Of a DNA stretch of 64,000 bases, positions 12,666-26,916 are shown piece by piece. The position numbers were made by a program, and so were the translations under genes. The notes beneath the pieces were generated by a model. It did not search any database. It saw nothing but the letters and a program-made list of their open reading frames with translations, and had not been told where the DNA came from. How positions within the stretch are numbered: the first letter of the stretch is position 1; the number at the start of each line of letters is the position of its first letter. Source of the DNA: Sphyrna mokarran (taxonomy: Eukaryota); contig JAGIQG010000004.1 of assembly GCA_024679065.1 (NCBI GenBank), positions 99,324,001 through 99,388,000 of the forward strand, in the 5' to 3' direction.

Positions 12666-14048
12666 CAAATCTTATAAACAGTAGTTTAGATATATGCCTC
12701 CAATAGGTATTTTTGCAATTACAATCACTTGTTTAAGAGAATAGCTTGTAGCTTGGTTTGTCCACTCAGTTTCCTGATGGACAAGGCACTGGCAGCAGTC
12801 AATAAGGTATCAGCAGTTCACAAGATCTGTGAAAAGTAGACCTCCACTGCCACTGCAACATGCAGAGTGTGGAGATTTATATTCCTAAGTGCAGCTGATG
12901 ACAGAAGAACTACGTATTGACAGCTCAATCTGCCACTAAAGTAAAAAGTATTTTACAATGTAATCTTAGCCCCCAGGAAATGGAGAATGCAGCTCGGGCA
13001 TCGCAGAAAGACAGCAGCTGAAGATGAAAAAAACTCACTAGCCTCTGATCTACAGGTTTACTTGCTGGGCAGTCAATTGTAATGGAATCTTGTCAGGGAA
13101 AATCAACATCACAAAGGCTACTGCAGTGAGGTTGGGACTAAAGGTTGACATTTTAAAAGAGAATCACATGTATTATTTAACAAACCACGAACCATGATTG
13201 CAGAGCCAGCAAAGAAGAGGTGATGCAGATTAGGCCAGTGATAATGCCTAGGTTGCAATTCATAGCAGAACCTTTTTAGCTGTGCACCTGAAATGAATCA
13301 CTTATTAGCTTCTGACACAGCCACATTTTCCTTATTTTAATTGCACAATAAATGAAGCTTTATAATTCTTGCTCCCGTTTCACACAACTGCCTCTTGCCA
13401 TACTTGTCACAAAAACTCAAAATAATTTCCTTCTAAATATTATAACCATTTTAGCTTTGTATAATCTTTGTAAATTGGCTCTGAATTTAATATTTTGCAA
13501 AAGTTGCTAGCACAGACCATTAGGAAAGGAATAGTGTCACTTCAACCTACTCCTATTATCATTATGACTAATTTAATAACCTTCATAGCTTTTCTATTTC
13601 TGAAGTGGTAGACTTCACAGACTATGTTGGGTAGAAATATTCTTAATTAAGTCTGTTTATTTTTATTGTATCACCATCATCATCATCCTAAAAATAAATG
13701 ATCATTATGATTTATGCATGAATTTCTCAAACTCTGAATTCTGTCATCTCCAAAAAGAATAGTCAAAAAACGAATTCCTACTGGAGGGGTAAGATTTTAT
13801 TTTGATATAATCAGCATTGCAGTGAAGATAACAGTTTTAACAATAGTGCTGTGTGAAGTTTAACATACAAGTGTTTGACATGTTGGCTTTGCATTAAATA
13901 TTTGTGTGTTGATCTTCGTATAGTATAATTTCAAGGTCAAAAAGTCAAATTGGAAGATAATGATGGCGCACGATCATTTAGAGCATACCAAAGTTTTTTT
14001 TTAAAGTTTCTTCCTTAATGTAGTGTTTAACCCAATCTTGTATTCCAT

Positions 14049-14163
14049 GGGTGGAATTTTCCCGTCTCACTCTCCACAGGAATAGTAGCAGGCGGGACGC
14101 AGACCATGTATCTTGGGCGAGATTTTGTGGACATGGGGTAAGCGTACCCAGAAAATCCCACCC
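14049..14163. mobile_element. MITE with 13-bp TIRs and 3-bp TSD (PIF/Harbinger-like)
   Basis: TIRs gggtggaattttc / gaaaatcccaccc (one mismatch), flanked by CAT at 14046-14048 and 14164-14166. Confidence 0.75.
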
Positions 14164-17100
14164 CATGTGTTTATGAGCCTAAGGTGTATCTGGCAGACTG
14201 TTGAACTAATTTCAGAGGGAATATTCTATAAAAATGTTTGTCTCACCACCAGCCATATTTTATACTATTCCATGTTCAACAAAACTGTTAACAGTGTGAA
14301 CACTCTTGTCTTTACCTTATTTCAAAGCTCAGAGTTAAGCCTGTACAAGATCAAAAAGGTCAAGGAGGAAATGCTGCAATAGAAAGGGAAGAAAATCAAG
14401 TGCAGGTTCATGGCTGAAGCTCTGTGATTTTAGTCTCCATTTCCAGTCTTGCTGATGCAAATGTATTTTGTTTAATGACCCTGAAATCCTGGTTGTAATT
14501 AGATGTGGGAATTGTTCATACTTACAACAGATGATGCTCTTATAATAAAATGAGTGGTGTTAAGATGGAGCCTGTAAACAGGAGTCAGATTTATATAATC
14601 TCATTTTGCTGCCATGGCAACAAACTTAAGAACTGCAATAGAAATAAACATACAAAGTTTCAGTGCTGAGAGTATAGAAATGAAAATAAATGAATCAAGA
14701 TAGATTTGATTTTCCATCACCTGATGTGACACAGTTATAGCTTATTGGTATCCAGCCAAGTCAGCACATATTGTTAGCATCGCTTATTAAAATGCCCAAA
14801 AGGATTTTGAATTTGCCCCATAAAATCCTGGTATTAAATCCTATATGATGTAATAACATTTGTAATCTTTGGCCTTTCTTGGCAAACCATTTATAACAAT
14901 AAAACAGATATAATTTTACAAGGAATGCAATAAAATGTTTTAGTGAGATGCATACAGTCATCTTTTACAGTTTTGATAATACTTATCCCATGGAAGTTTA
15001 TAAAGATACAATACCCACAATAAATAGGGTTCCATAGAGTTATCTCAAATTTCCAACAACATTTTGTGAAATGATCTAAGATCATTGGTTATAGAGTTTC
15101 TCCTCACTGAATGACAAGAGATTTTATAACTTGTGCTGAGAATGGCGAAAGGAGTTGAAATCCAGCAGTAACAATGGACTGAAAGGTCAGTCCTACTGGT
15201 TTTTGCAAGCCGTACAGGTTGGTCTGGTTAGCATTAGGAATGCTGGTATTTCTTTTAATATGTGTGTGGCCTTTTGTTTCGTAGTACATAGCAGCACAGA
15301 AAGAACATTTGAACGTTGCTTCATTGAGGATAGGTTTCCAATTCTATTTTGTGATCATGAGGTATACTGGGAATTTATTGCAGATGGATGGCTTATGAGT
15401 ACCTTAGAGTGTATCAGCAAACACGGGATTTAATTGAACTTATTAAAGGCCCATTAAGGCCTATTACTAAAGGTCAACTGGGATTTCCCACAACCTCTAG
15501 ATCCTCACAGGTGGCAGGGGATAGACTTGTTGCCTAGGGTGACAGATCGGCAGGGGTGTGGGAGGGTGACGGCGTGGCGGCAGGTAAGCTTAGAGGCATG
15601 TATGACGCCACATCCCACTTCCAGCGTTAGCGACAGCCACAGGCTGCCCTGGTCAGAGGTTACCCATCCCCTCCCCACATTGCATACAAAATCCAGGCCA
15701 AGTTGGGGAGTGGATGCCTCCATTTTGGTTGACCTCTATCACACATCGACATTCTGCTGCTTATAAGCTGGAGAACCTCCTATGGGGTCTTCAGTGTTGA
15801 GACTTTCTCCACCGCTCTTAGTAGAATGGTGAACCCATCCTTTGCCCAGTAATTGCATCATTTGTGGAAAATAATGGGGTCGAATAGCTGCTTCTTAAAG
15901 TGAGGCGTGATTTTCATCCTTGGAGTAAGTACCGGGAGTAGGGAAAATCCTCAGTTCAGCCTGCCCACTTCAGGAGAAAGTGCCTGCAAGGAAGGGCTGT
16001 TCGTTATCCTTGCGGGTGCAGACTGCATTCAGGCCAGCTGACCCAGGAAAAGTTTGGCAGTAGCCACAAGAGATGTCAGATGTGGAGACAACCTCTTTAA
16101 AAGGCGTGAAAGGATTTCTGTGCTCTCAGCCAAGCATTCATGACGAAGCTTGACTGAGAGCCCAAGAATCCATTCACTTGTTGAAACAGCTGGGCCCTGG
16201 AAAAAATTTGCTTGATTTTGACTCTGGCTCTCTGATCCATGCTGTCAATTTCACAATGTTTGTTTGCTCAATCAGGATAGAAAAGTTTCAAATACTTGCA
16301 GTTTGAATTATTGATACAATAAAGCGTTTGAATGATTGCTATTTTAAGTGTTTTTTTTTGAGTCAGTCGAAAATTATCAATTCATTATTTTTAAAAGAGT
16401 TTTTCTTTACACACTTTACTGTCACTGCAGGGTTCATTGGTCCAATACAGTGTGTAGTGGTGTTAGTGAGTGGCATATCATGGTATGGGTGGATAAATAT
16501 AGGAAGACCTTTACCTTTCAAATGTTCCTTCATGTAAACGATATTCATTAAATCTCTGAGATATCATGAGCCACAATGCTATGAAACACTGGTCTAATTC
16601 CAGGAAAATTAGAGGTCAAGAACATGCCTAGTCCACAATGGAGCCAAGTGTGTCCAGAGTGCAGGGTGCAGGCTCATGACTGGAACCAGCCCTCATCCTT
16701 AACAGGCATTCCTGACATTCAGAAGGGTTTGGGAATCATGGAATTGGACCTAGCCACCATTTCTTTTTAGAGAAAGCCCAGCTTATAGCGTGGGCTTCTG
16801 ACCCCATCTGATACTGACAATGGGGTTTGGAAAATTGCAGGACAAATCCTGCCCCAGATGCACTTTGTCTGAGTCCTCAACTCCCTAACTATTTTAATAG
16901 GTAGAGGAAAAATATCAGAAAGCATTTTATTGTTGGAAAATAGGTTTGATTCTGGCTCATGGTGTGAAGAAGTTCAGAGTTTCATTTTACTTTATGTGAA
17001 ATGATAATCCCTGATTAAGTTTGGAATTATTTGACTGTGAATTGGAGATCATTTCGATCTGATCTCTCTGTATCTCCAATTTATTATCATTAAGGTGAGC

Positions 17101-17239
17101 TGGTCAAATGCTGATAGCTTTTTCATTGGATCCAGAACTTTGTAAACTACAGAAGCAGTATGTGATGGAGATAATCATCTCCTCAAGAAGTCCGTTCTGA
17201 AAAATTCTATAGAACATTGCACTGACAAGGAAATTAGGT

Positions 17240-17814
17240 GGGTGGAATTTTCCCGGAATTTGGCAAAGGCTAATAATTGGCAGGAAAAGCAACATCAACA
17301 GTAGTGCTGGACATAGGAAAACAAATCTCAAAGGAAGCGTCCCCTGATGTAACGCTGGTGGGTGGCCTCTGGTTCACCCGTCCTACCTGCAACGAGGTAC
17401 CCCAAAGATGTGGGCGCCATTTTTGAAAGTTGTCCAATGCTAATCAGTTCACCTGGAACCCCCTACACAACCCCCTGCAGTGGTTGGGTGTGATCTTCTC
17501 CCCTGAGTGCTGCACTTGTGAGCTTCCCAAGTGTCTGCGTTGGGAGACCAGTTTGTGATTCAGGCTGTTCCACCCTCATGCCAACATGGATGAATTTTCT
17601 GATAGGGATGGGGGCTGATTCAAGCTTACAATGGACCTGATAATGATATTCCCGTTGTTGAACATCAAGGAAAGCACTGCATCACTGACAGGGAGAGGGC
17701 ACAAACACATGAGACATTTACATCGGAGCAAAATGTGATGTGGGAGTCCTTGCAAGATTCTTCATTCCTGTCATCGAACCCACCTGATACAAATGGAACC
17801 AGAAAATTCCAGCT
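17240..17814. mobile_element. Harbinger-like non-autonomous element
   Basis: TIR-like ends gggtggaattttc and gaaaattccagc. Confidence 0.55.
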
Positions 17815-17894
17815 GATATGTACAGTTCTCTACGTTCCCCCAAAAGGAAATAGCTATCCTTAAGATTTAGCCACAATGACATTTTTAATGGCAA

Positions 17895-18025
17895 CGAAAG
17901 CAAAATACTGCAGATGCTGAAAACTTGAATAAAAACTGGAAATGCTAGAATTGCTGACAGGTTGGTTAACATCTGTGATGAGCAAAGCAAAATTCACATT
18001 TCAGGTTGGTGACCTTCCATCATAT
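17895..18025 (-). mobile_element. Penelope-like single arm with decayed hammerhead core
   Basis: aaagcaaaatactgcagatgctg...aatgctagaa is related to the 240-462 element. The - strand reads (a)tgatgg-aaggt-cacca-acct-gaaa, with stem II kept and the core mutated. Confidence 0.55.
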
Positions 18026-18367
18026 TTCCTCTGACTATCTTGAATGCAGTGCAGAGAAGACCCATCTGTTCATAATTAGACTGCAACCTTTTCTAGTGAT
18101 GATCAACTGTGCTGGAGGTGTAGCAAGTGACTGTTGTCATTTCATTTACACCTGGAGAGTAATCTCGCCAACAAAATCCAAAGTTTCAGGTTTTGCTCAA
18201 AGAAAACATATTCAACTCAGTTTGGATTTTGGAGTTAGTGGCCATTCCTCTTTTTTTCTTCTACTGTTTCATCAGCCCCAAATGTAAAGTACATTTGAAT
18301 CACATTGGGATAAAAATCCTAATTTCTTCACGTGCCTTTTCGCCGACACTCTTTATGCAAAGCACAT

Positions 18368-18664
18368 GGGGTGGCACAATGGTTAGCACTGCCACCTCAT
18401 CGCGCAAGGGACCCAAGTTTGATTCCTGGCTTGGGCCACTGTCTGTACAGAGTCTATATGTTCTCCCTGTGTCTGCATGGGTTCCCCTGGGTTTCCACCC
18501 ACAGTCTGAAAAATATGCAGGTTAGATGCATTGGCCATGCTGAGTTCTTCCTCAGTGTACCGGAATAGGTGTTGAAATGTGACAACTAGGGAACTTTCAC
18601 AGTAACTTCATTGCAGTGTTAATGTAAGACAAATTGTGACACTAATAAATAAATTTTGAACTTT
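18368..18664 (+). mobile_element. HE1-type V-SINE with alternative (Rex/Babar-like) tail
   Basis: HE1 head and V-domain, then tail tttcacagtaacttcattgcagtgttaatgtaag...tgtgacactaataaataaa. The same tail occurs alone at 39547-39615. Confidence 0.85.
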
Positions 18665-19423
18665 AGCTGTTATCTTAGCCTCATTGATGTCAAGGACTAA
18701 ACCTCTTAGCTATCTAAGACAAGGTATTCTCTCAGCTTCCCAGGAAATTCCAAGGTAGATGTAAGCAGACAGGACTCAGAAGGATTAAGGTAAAGGGTTG
18801 CATTTGGGAACAGTCAAGTCATAATGTTTCTTTACTGACTGACAATTGCCTTTCGCTCCTCAAAGCAGTAAAGAAGAAGCTTCTGATGTGAATGCGTTTG
18901 TCTCAGGGAGCATCCCATTGACCCACCTTCACTATTAATAGTAGAGCATCCATTTGCTAGGAATGCACTTTTGGATTGCTTTTGCTTCTATCAATAATGG
19001 AGAGAAGTTTACAAATTAATTAAAGCAGTGACAAAGTGAAAGAAACTAAAACAAGAGCAATTGGAAAGAAGATGGGTAGCTTGATTAACATAGAAGCAGG
19101 ACAGGCGACCCAATCTGTAATTCCCACCCACCATTTTAAAGGTTGACATATCTCAGAGTGACCATACAGAACCTCTTCACAGAGAATCAAAACAGAATCC
19201 TGGCTAGAACAATGCCAGTAATCAGAAGAAGAGAGCAAACAAACTCCACACCATGGATGCCAACTTTCCCCACTGATGATGTGTTTAGCTAAAAGTCCTG
19301 ATCTCAAATGGCAATCATCCTTTCCTCGCTTCAGATATAAAGATATATACAATATAACCAGGACCTCAGCTATGGCTAGGAACTTAAGTATTCCAATTGC
19401 TGTTCAAATCCAAAGATAGACTA

Positions 19424-20142
19424 GGGATGAAATCTTCCATGGCCTGGCTGGCAACTTTAATGGTGGGTGTGGGAGTGGGGGGGACAGTATTTGATAGGAA
19501 TCCAAAAATTGATTTTACTTTGACGTGAATTTCCACCTGGGTCTTCTGCTGGCGTCTGCTATGTCAGTTTAGGAAACCAACCCCAGGCCTGTGTGAAACT
19601 GATTTCCATCCCACTAATGGGATGCAGATGAAAACCCGACCAGAATCTTCCATCCATGTACAATTCTCCATAATGTCCTTGCAAAAACGTAGTGGTCCAG
19701 AACCTGTCAGGAGCAACTTGGCATGCCAAGGTCAGGACTCAGCTGAACCAATGCCAGGGGCTATCCTTGGAGTTTGGGATGGAGGCTGCCAGCAACCCAG
19801 GACTCCAGAACACCAGGGATGGGTGAATATCCATCAAGTGGATCTTCCATTTTCAGTGTCATCGAGGCGGTCCACCTTCCAGCCTCAGAGTGTTCCTGGA
19901 GATCCATCTTCTTCTGTAAGAGGTCCATCTTCTTCCTTCAACAGTGCATCAGTGAGATTGGAAGCTTTTCAGTATGCCGCCCAGATCTGACGATTGGACT
20001 CACACCATCACGCCCACCTCGCAACAGAATCTGGCGCTTAGCCCCCGGTGCATAATTAATGAAGCTGGTGCCAGAAATATATGGCATGGTTTGCTTCCAG
20101 CCTCAGCAATGGGACTTAGTCCCAGATGGGATAATTCTGGCC
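19424..20142. mobile_element. Harbinger-like non-autonomous element
   Basis: TIR-like ends gggatgaaatcttcc and gggataattctggcc around a GC-rich interior. Confidence 0.45.
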
Positions 20143-21971
20143 ATAATGTTCCAGCAGTCTTTGTCGATAGTTGCTGGATCACTGCAGAAATTAAACAGTG
20201 AGATGGAGGTGTGGGAGAAGAATGGGAGTTGGAAAAATGTTGACAACAAGTAGTTCTGGGCTGCCCTTGTTGATAGAATTTGAAAACAGAGACGAAAAGG
20301 GAAAGTATAGCTGGTGTTGGGGGCCATATTATTAGCAATACATTGCAAAGGTATCATTCAAAGCGTCAAAAATTAAGTCTGGTAAAAACAAATTATAAAT
20401 CACAGCTACCTGCTATTTTGACAGTTAATACAATACCTCAGGCTGCCCACTTAGATTGTGAAAATTGGCTTGCAACCCAGAAATTCCCCACACTAAATAG
20501 CCTGTAGAGAGAGAACATCAGAACAGTGCTGGCTGTTTTTAACAAGCTGTCCAATTTGTACATTTACTTGGTTTGTGTTGTTTTGCATTAGCCAGAGAAT
20601 AGAACAAAAAGCGTTAACCATATCTTTGGAGTGGTATCCTATACCTCTGAGTGTCTGTGCATCCAATTTGTTTAACTGCAAAAGTAACAGTATAACTGCC
20701 AGTACATTGGTTCCCTTTATTTGATCATGAAACTGTATATCGGGTTGTAATGGCTGCTGTATGTTGTGCATATTTCAACCCCTCATAAATTTCAAATTGA
20801 TTAACAACACAAGGAAACATAGTTTGACCTGGTTCTTTGATCACACATGCAGAAAATATCCATAAACATTCTATATCAAAGGGAAATGAGCCTTTTTTTC
20901 CAAGGTTGTTTTTGTGTATGCGTGATCAAAGTGGCTCCAGTAATTATTATAAAGAACAAACCTCTTTACTGTAGAATTTCATTTTTGCACTGTACTTAGA
21001 ATTTAATAGCTTCTTTTTTTCCATGTATACTCTGGTGGCTGATTGTAAACCTATTGTTCCTCAACAGACTTTTCCAAAGAGTTAAAATGATTTCTGTTGA
21101 CTGGTTGCACAGCAACAAACTTTTCTCCTATAATCCTCATGATTGCATTTTCATGCAAAAATTCTTTTCAGTCTATTTCGTACTAAACTCCATCCAACTT
21201 GGGTTACATTGTAACCAGTATATTCTGAGAATTCCAAATGTTGTCCCATTTAGATACACAAGCTTTAAAAAGCTTGTGGCACGCCCTTACTATCTTTAAA
21301 GAAGATACACTTCCATATGAGCTCTGGGTTAGGTTTACAGTTGGTGTCATTTTCTGGGTTTCTGGGGCTCTTTTACCAACCATGCCAAAAATGAATTCGC
21401 AAACTCTTATGGATATTCAGCCTTACCCTCTTCACCCAAATACTCTGTAAGACCTGAATTTCCAATTCTTTCAATGCAAATGCTCAATTTCTTCAAAGAA
21501 TCCATTTTCATGGCTGGAATTTTCCAGCTCTGCCACCAGTGGGATCGTCCAGGTGCCACCAAAAATCCATAGATTTTTGTTTGGCTTCCCACGGGCCCAG
21601 CCTCGGTATGTTCACCTGGCAGTAAGGATACTTAATTTGCCAGCAAGAAGAGAACTAACTTCACAAAGTAAATCAAAGAAAAAAGTTTAATAAAGAAACT
21701 TCATTGCACCAACTGTCAGGCCACGCAAGCTCACCACAATGCCCATCTACATCAGCTGACCACCACATCATTTTGCCATGGGGTACGTTATTTACCGGGT
21801 CAGCTGACCCTCATGGTATGTTAACATTGGTTACATTATATCAAATTCCAGTGTTAACTCTGGTTGCATTATAACATATTATGGCTTCTGTATTGCCCTC
21901 CCCATTGTCCTATGCGTCTCTTCCTTCCTTTACTAACCGTTTGTGAGCATCACTGAGACCCCCATGATCAG

Positions 21972-22152
21972 CAAAGAACAAAGAACAGTAAGCACAGGAA
22001 ACAGACCCTTTGGCCCTCCAAGCCTGTGCAACTCATTAGTCCAATGAGATCATTTGTTTGTATCCCTCCATTCCCAGTCTGCTTATGTGACATTCCAGGT
22101 AAGTCTTAAACAATGCGAGCGTGGCAGTGCATTCCTGGCCCTCACCACACTC
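21972..22152 (-). mobile_element. CR1-type LINE 3' tail fragment
   Basis: aaagaacaaagaac...agcacaggaaacagaccctttggccctccaagcctgtgc is a reverse (TTCTTTG)n tail. Confidence 0.75.
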
Positions 22153-22154
22153 TC

Positions 22155-22476
22155 AAAGAACAAAGAACAAAACAGCACAGGAAACAGGCCCTTTGACCCA
22201 ACGAGCCCGCACCGCCACCCCAATGTTCCCACCTCTGCCCATGATCCCTGTCTTATGTTTATAGATCTATAGATTAAAAACCAAATTTGAGACAATTTAG
22301 GGAGAATTTGTTTTGCCAATTAGCCTAAGAGCACATCTTTGGGATGTGGGAGGAAACCAGAGCACCCGGAGAAAACCCACGCAAGCACGGGGAGAATGCA
22401 CAAACTCCCACAGACACAGGCCCAAATCCATGTATCTGCACAGCACAGCGATAGTCACTGAGCTGTCGTGTTGCCC
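22155..22476 (-). mobile_element. HE1-type V-SINE with (TTCTTTG)n CR1 tail
   Basis: gtgggaggaaaccagagcacccggagaaaacccacgcaagcacggggagaatgcacaaactcc is the reverse V-domain. The tail matches 21972. Confidence 0.85.
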
Positions 22477-22699
22477 ATCAAATGGTCCAGGTCAAGCGTA
22501 CACTAACGACGTGAAGCACTAGGATACTCTCGAAAAAAATCCAAAAGCAGCCCTCTCACGACCCATCGCGTGTATGCCCCTTGTTAGACAACAAGGTGGA
22601 CCAAAGCACCTGTAGGATAAAAACAAGTACATCAATATCATCATCTATTTACACACTTCCCAGGGACTCCCAAGGCTCATGATCCCCATTTTAAATCAG

Positions 22700-22960
22700 T
22701 TTTCTATACCCCTCCATTCCCATTCTGTTCATGTGCCCATCTAAGTATTTCTTAAATAACTCCAGAGTGCCTGCCTCCACCACTTTACTTGGCAGCGCAT
22801 TCCATACCCCCACCAATCCTCTGTGTGAAAAAACTCCCTCTAGCATCCAAAAAACTCCCTCTAGCATCTTGTGTAAAAAAAAAAGTCCCTCTGATATCTG
22901 AGTTATACCTCGCCCCTCTTGCCTTGAGCCCGTGACCCCTCGTGATCATCACCTCAACTT
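22700..22960 (-). mobile_element. CR1 LINE fragment with internal tandem duplication
   Basis: gcctgcctccaccactttacttggcagcgcattccatacccccacc...ctctgtgtgaaaaa. The unit aaaaactccctctagcatc is duplicated at about 22829-22868. Confidence 0.7.
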
Positions 22961-24692
22961 AAATCAGTGCAATTCCCACTCTAAACCTTTGTCATCTGAG
23001 CACCCCCTTTCTATCATTAAGGGTCTGATTAAATCCCACCACTTTGACCCAGTCCTTCTGATATCCCCTTTTCTGGCTTGATGTCTGCTTATTTCTGATT
23101 CTACCTCTTTAAAGTGCCTTGCTGTGTTTTGCTGTGCAAACGTTGTTGTGTAGATGTAAGCTATTATTGTTATTATTGTTTTTAAGGGCCAGTACATTGT
23201 TCTGCAGTACCTGGTGAGAATGTTTTGTTCTAGTGTCACTTGTGAGTGACCTAGATTAATGAATGGGCATGATGTGTGGAAACTAATCCATAAGCATCCT
23301 AAATTCCTTGTGACTACTTTCTATGTGAAAGAATAGTCAAGCAGGCAAAAAGATTAACAATCATGGCTATTAAATAAACTGGGCCATTCTCCTGGAAAGC
23401 TATTCAGTGTGTGAGGGACAACTGAGAGCAGACAGGGATAAGTAACAAAAAATAACATCAGATTTATTTCATAATGAACAGAGTGTTCTTGTAAAGAACT
23501 GGGAATTGAAAACAATTAGCATTAAGAAATAACAAGATGATTTTCTAATAGATGAGGACGTTTTCTAGTAAATGGGCTTTAGCACTGACTGAGATTAGTT
23601 ATTTCTGCTGCAGGTATTTTATAGTTCTGACAGTAAGGGATTTATTTTATTGAAAAATTATTTTGGTGCGTTTCAGGACTAAGAATGTTATTGTGGTTTA
23701 AGCCCTGGTGTTGGGGGTCACGTGTGCCCAGATGCAAAATATAGTTCCATCTACATCTGTCCCAAAACTCAGAGTCACACCTCTTACTACACTACATACC
23801 TAGTTTTTATCTTTGTTGGAATGACACAGGGCTCCACTTTCATCCCAAATGTAGGCGGTGGGAGTCGGGAAATTTCTGGCTCGGTGCACCCCACCTCAGA
23901 AGTATCAGCAAAAGCGTGATGTTTATTTGGGAAGTGACACTGATAACATGTGTCTGATCTCCCTCCACCTCACAACTGGCCTTGCTCAGTGCTCTGGGAC
24001 TTTGTCCCAATTACAGTGAAATCATTAAGACAAGAAACAGCCCTTTAGCCTTTACCCCCATACTCTCCCCGTGTCACCTCACGCACCTACCCACCCACAT
24101 CTATGGCCCCTCATATCCTCCATACCAAGCTATGCCACTCCACTCAGCCCCATGGACCCTTAAGTCCTCCAAGCCAAGCTATGACATTTCATGTCCATTC
24201 ACCTACTATACCCTTGGTGCAGAGCTAATGAACTTATAGTAACAATACAGTGTGTATAAAGCCTCTATAAAAAGTCACTTATTCATTACTTTCTGCTTAT
24301 TTAAGCTGATTTCTCTGATTCCCTATAATCCAGACATAGCAATATCAGAAACTGCAGGTACTTGACACCTTTTTGTCTTGTGTGAATCAACATTGTGTAA
24401 TTGACAGAATAGATCACTGAACAAGAGCTATTTTCCCCTTGGCCACAGCTGTTTCAACAGGCAATGGGCAGGATTTTCACACCTCTTCACAGAATGTCCT
24501 CCAGTGGCAGAGGTAGCTTGCCATTGGCTACCAGTGGGATTTTCTGGCTGATTACCAATAAAATAGAATCCAATTGCACCCCTCGTTAGAAATTATTGTA
24601 CCGAATAATATCAAGCACCTGGGCAGAAGAAAGTCTTCTATTCTTATAGAATGGAAAAATTCTTGTGCAGGTTATCTGGGTTGCAAGTATTC

Positions 24693-25012
24693 GGAGCGGC
24701 ATGGTATTAGCATTGCTCCCTCACAGCACAAGGAACCTGCTCAATTCTCCGCTTGTGTCAATGTCTGTGTGGAATTTGCACATTCTCCTCGTGTCTGTGT
24801 GGGTTTCCTCCGGGTGCTCTGGTTTCCTCCCACAGTCCAAAAATGTGCAGGTTAGTTGGATTGGCCACGCTAAATTCCCCTTAGTGTTGGGGAGGAATTA
24901 GCTGGGGTAAATTCATGAAGTGATGGGGTTAAGGTCTGGGTGGTATTGTGGTCGGTGCAGGTTCGATGGGCCGAATGACCTGCTTCTGCACCGTAGGATT
25001 CTATGATTCTAT
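24693..25012 (+). mobile_element. HE1-type V-SINE with CR1/HER1 tail
   Basis: Near-consensus V-domain tgtgggtttcctccgggtgctctggtttcctcccacagtccaaa and tail ggattctatgattctat. Confidence 0.9.
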
Positions 25013-25757
25013 TGCATCTTACCCAATACTATGAATTTACTGTCACTGTGTCCATATGTAACAATTTGCAGAATATGTTAATGAGGGCAATCAACAAAAT
25101 TTGCACAGTGTTATAAATAACTAACAAGATATTTTCCTGTCAAAATAACAATATTACATGTTGCTGCTAAAATAAAATTTGTAGTTTCTGGCTTAGTTAA
25201 TAGTCATGGTGGAATCACTTATAGGGCAGTCACAAACTAACACTGCATTATACTGTTGCTGCTCTTAATATTAATAACTCACACTGCATATATATTGGAT
25301 GATATTTGTAACAAGATGCCAACAATTGACATTTCATTTACTAGAACCTGATGAATTGATTAATGAATCTTGAAATGGGGGAAACATACCATGCATGATT
25401 GAGGAGAGATTAAACTGGCCAGGGTGGGTGTGGAAGGAATAAGAGGTCGGGAAACAAGAGAAATATCAGGGCTCATGAGTTTGCTCCCTAGCTTCATTCT
25501 GCTGCCCTCGTCCTTCTATATGATAGAGGTCGTCAATTTAGAAGATGCTGTCAAAGGAGCCTCGGTGAGTTACTGCAGTGCGTCTTGTAGATATACACAC
25601 TGCTGTCACACTGCACGCATGATAGAGAGATTGAATGGTTGTGATCTTTCCTCCTCATCCATTTAAAATACATTCCCTGCTCAGCCGTTAGCCTTATATG
25701 ATTTTCCCGTCCACCCTAGGATTTATAAAGCAGGGTCTGGAATTCTCAGTGGCGACG

Positions 25758-26058
25758 TAGAATCCCTACAGTGCAGAAAGTGGCCTTTGGACAATTGAGT
25801 CTGCACCAACCACAATCCCACCCAGGCCCTATCACCATAACCCCACTTATTTAGCCTGCTGTCATTTGGGGGCAAATTAGCATGGCCAATCAACTTAACC
25901 TGCTTATTTTTGGACTGTGGGAGGAAACTGGAGCACCAGGAGAAAACACATGCAGACATGGGGAGAATGTGCAAACTCCATACAGACAGCTGCCCGAAGC
26001 CGAAATTGAACCCAGGTCACTGGCGCTGAGAGGCAGCAGCATTAACGACTGGGCCATT
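25758..26058 (-). mobile_element. HE1-type V-SINE
   Basis: tagaatccctacagtgcagaa...tttggactgtgggaggaaactggagcacc...ctggcgctgagaggcagcagc. Confidence 0.9.
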
Positions 26059-26790
26059 CTTGACAGTTGTGGTTTCATATCCAACATAACAATAATATAA
26101 TGTATAGATGTGTCACAAGCCTTTGACCCCACTTCCTTCCAATACAATCTCCCTACTTTCTCTCAAGTGCTAGAAAAACCCCTCAGTCCTCAACACCTGG
26201 TCTCTCCTCCCTTTCTTTGTAGCCTGAAATGTGGCAGGTGATTGGAAGAAAGAAACATAAGATGTGACTTATAAACAGAGAACGGAAATAGAAAGAATGG
26301 AGAGGCACACAAGAGTACAGACAGGAGGAGGAATCGTATAAAGAGGGAAGGAAGAAGAGAGAGGATTAGAACTGGAATCAAATAAAGAGATAGGAAAATG
26401 ACAAGAGAAAGTTTAACAGCTAAAGATGGTATGGTGATTGCCCCTTTAAGGGCAGCACAGCAGAGAGTGTATCTTTAACACAGTGAGTGAAAAAAGAAAT
26501 ACACTGGAAGACAACAGAATAAGAGGCGAACAAAGAATTAGACAATCAGACAAAGTTACATGAAGAAAGAAATAATTTTCTTCTGTTTCCTCCCCGATGA
26601 ACAACAAACTTTATTTAAGATCAAGAAAAGCTCTTTATTTAAACCACAAGAGAATTATTAATCCTTTTCTCATTTTTCTTGAGAAAAGAAAGTCTAGTAC
26701 AGTATTACACAATGCACCTAGGTAGGGCGCGCGTGTGCTGAACATCACTCAGAATAACACACTGCTTCATCCTCGTGATATCAAGATGTA

Positions 26791-26916
26791 TGGCAAAATT
26801 TTTTGACCATTCACGCCGGTGGGATTCTGCAGTCCCACTGCAGTGAACGGAGAGTGGCAAATTCTCCGTCCTTGGTTGCAGGGGCAGCAGAGTACGAATG
26901 GCCGGAAATTATGGCC
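26791..26916. mobile_element. MITE of the 1255 family
   Basis: Imperfect TIRs ggcaaaattttttgaccattc / gaatggccggaaattatggcc and internal tcccactgcagtgaacggaga. Confidence 0.65.

Noticed and set aside
16604-16770. Open frame GKLEVKNMPSPQW... after a cag, considered as the missing DACH2 cassette exon
   Set aside because: It lacks the W-x-K-x-K and QQN anchors and has no suitable donor; 47597-47752 matches far better.
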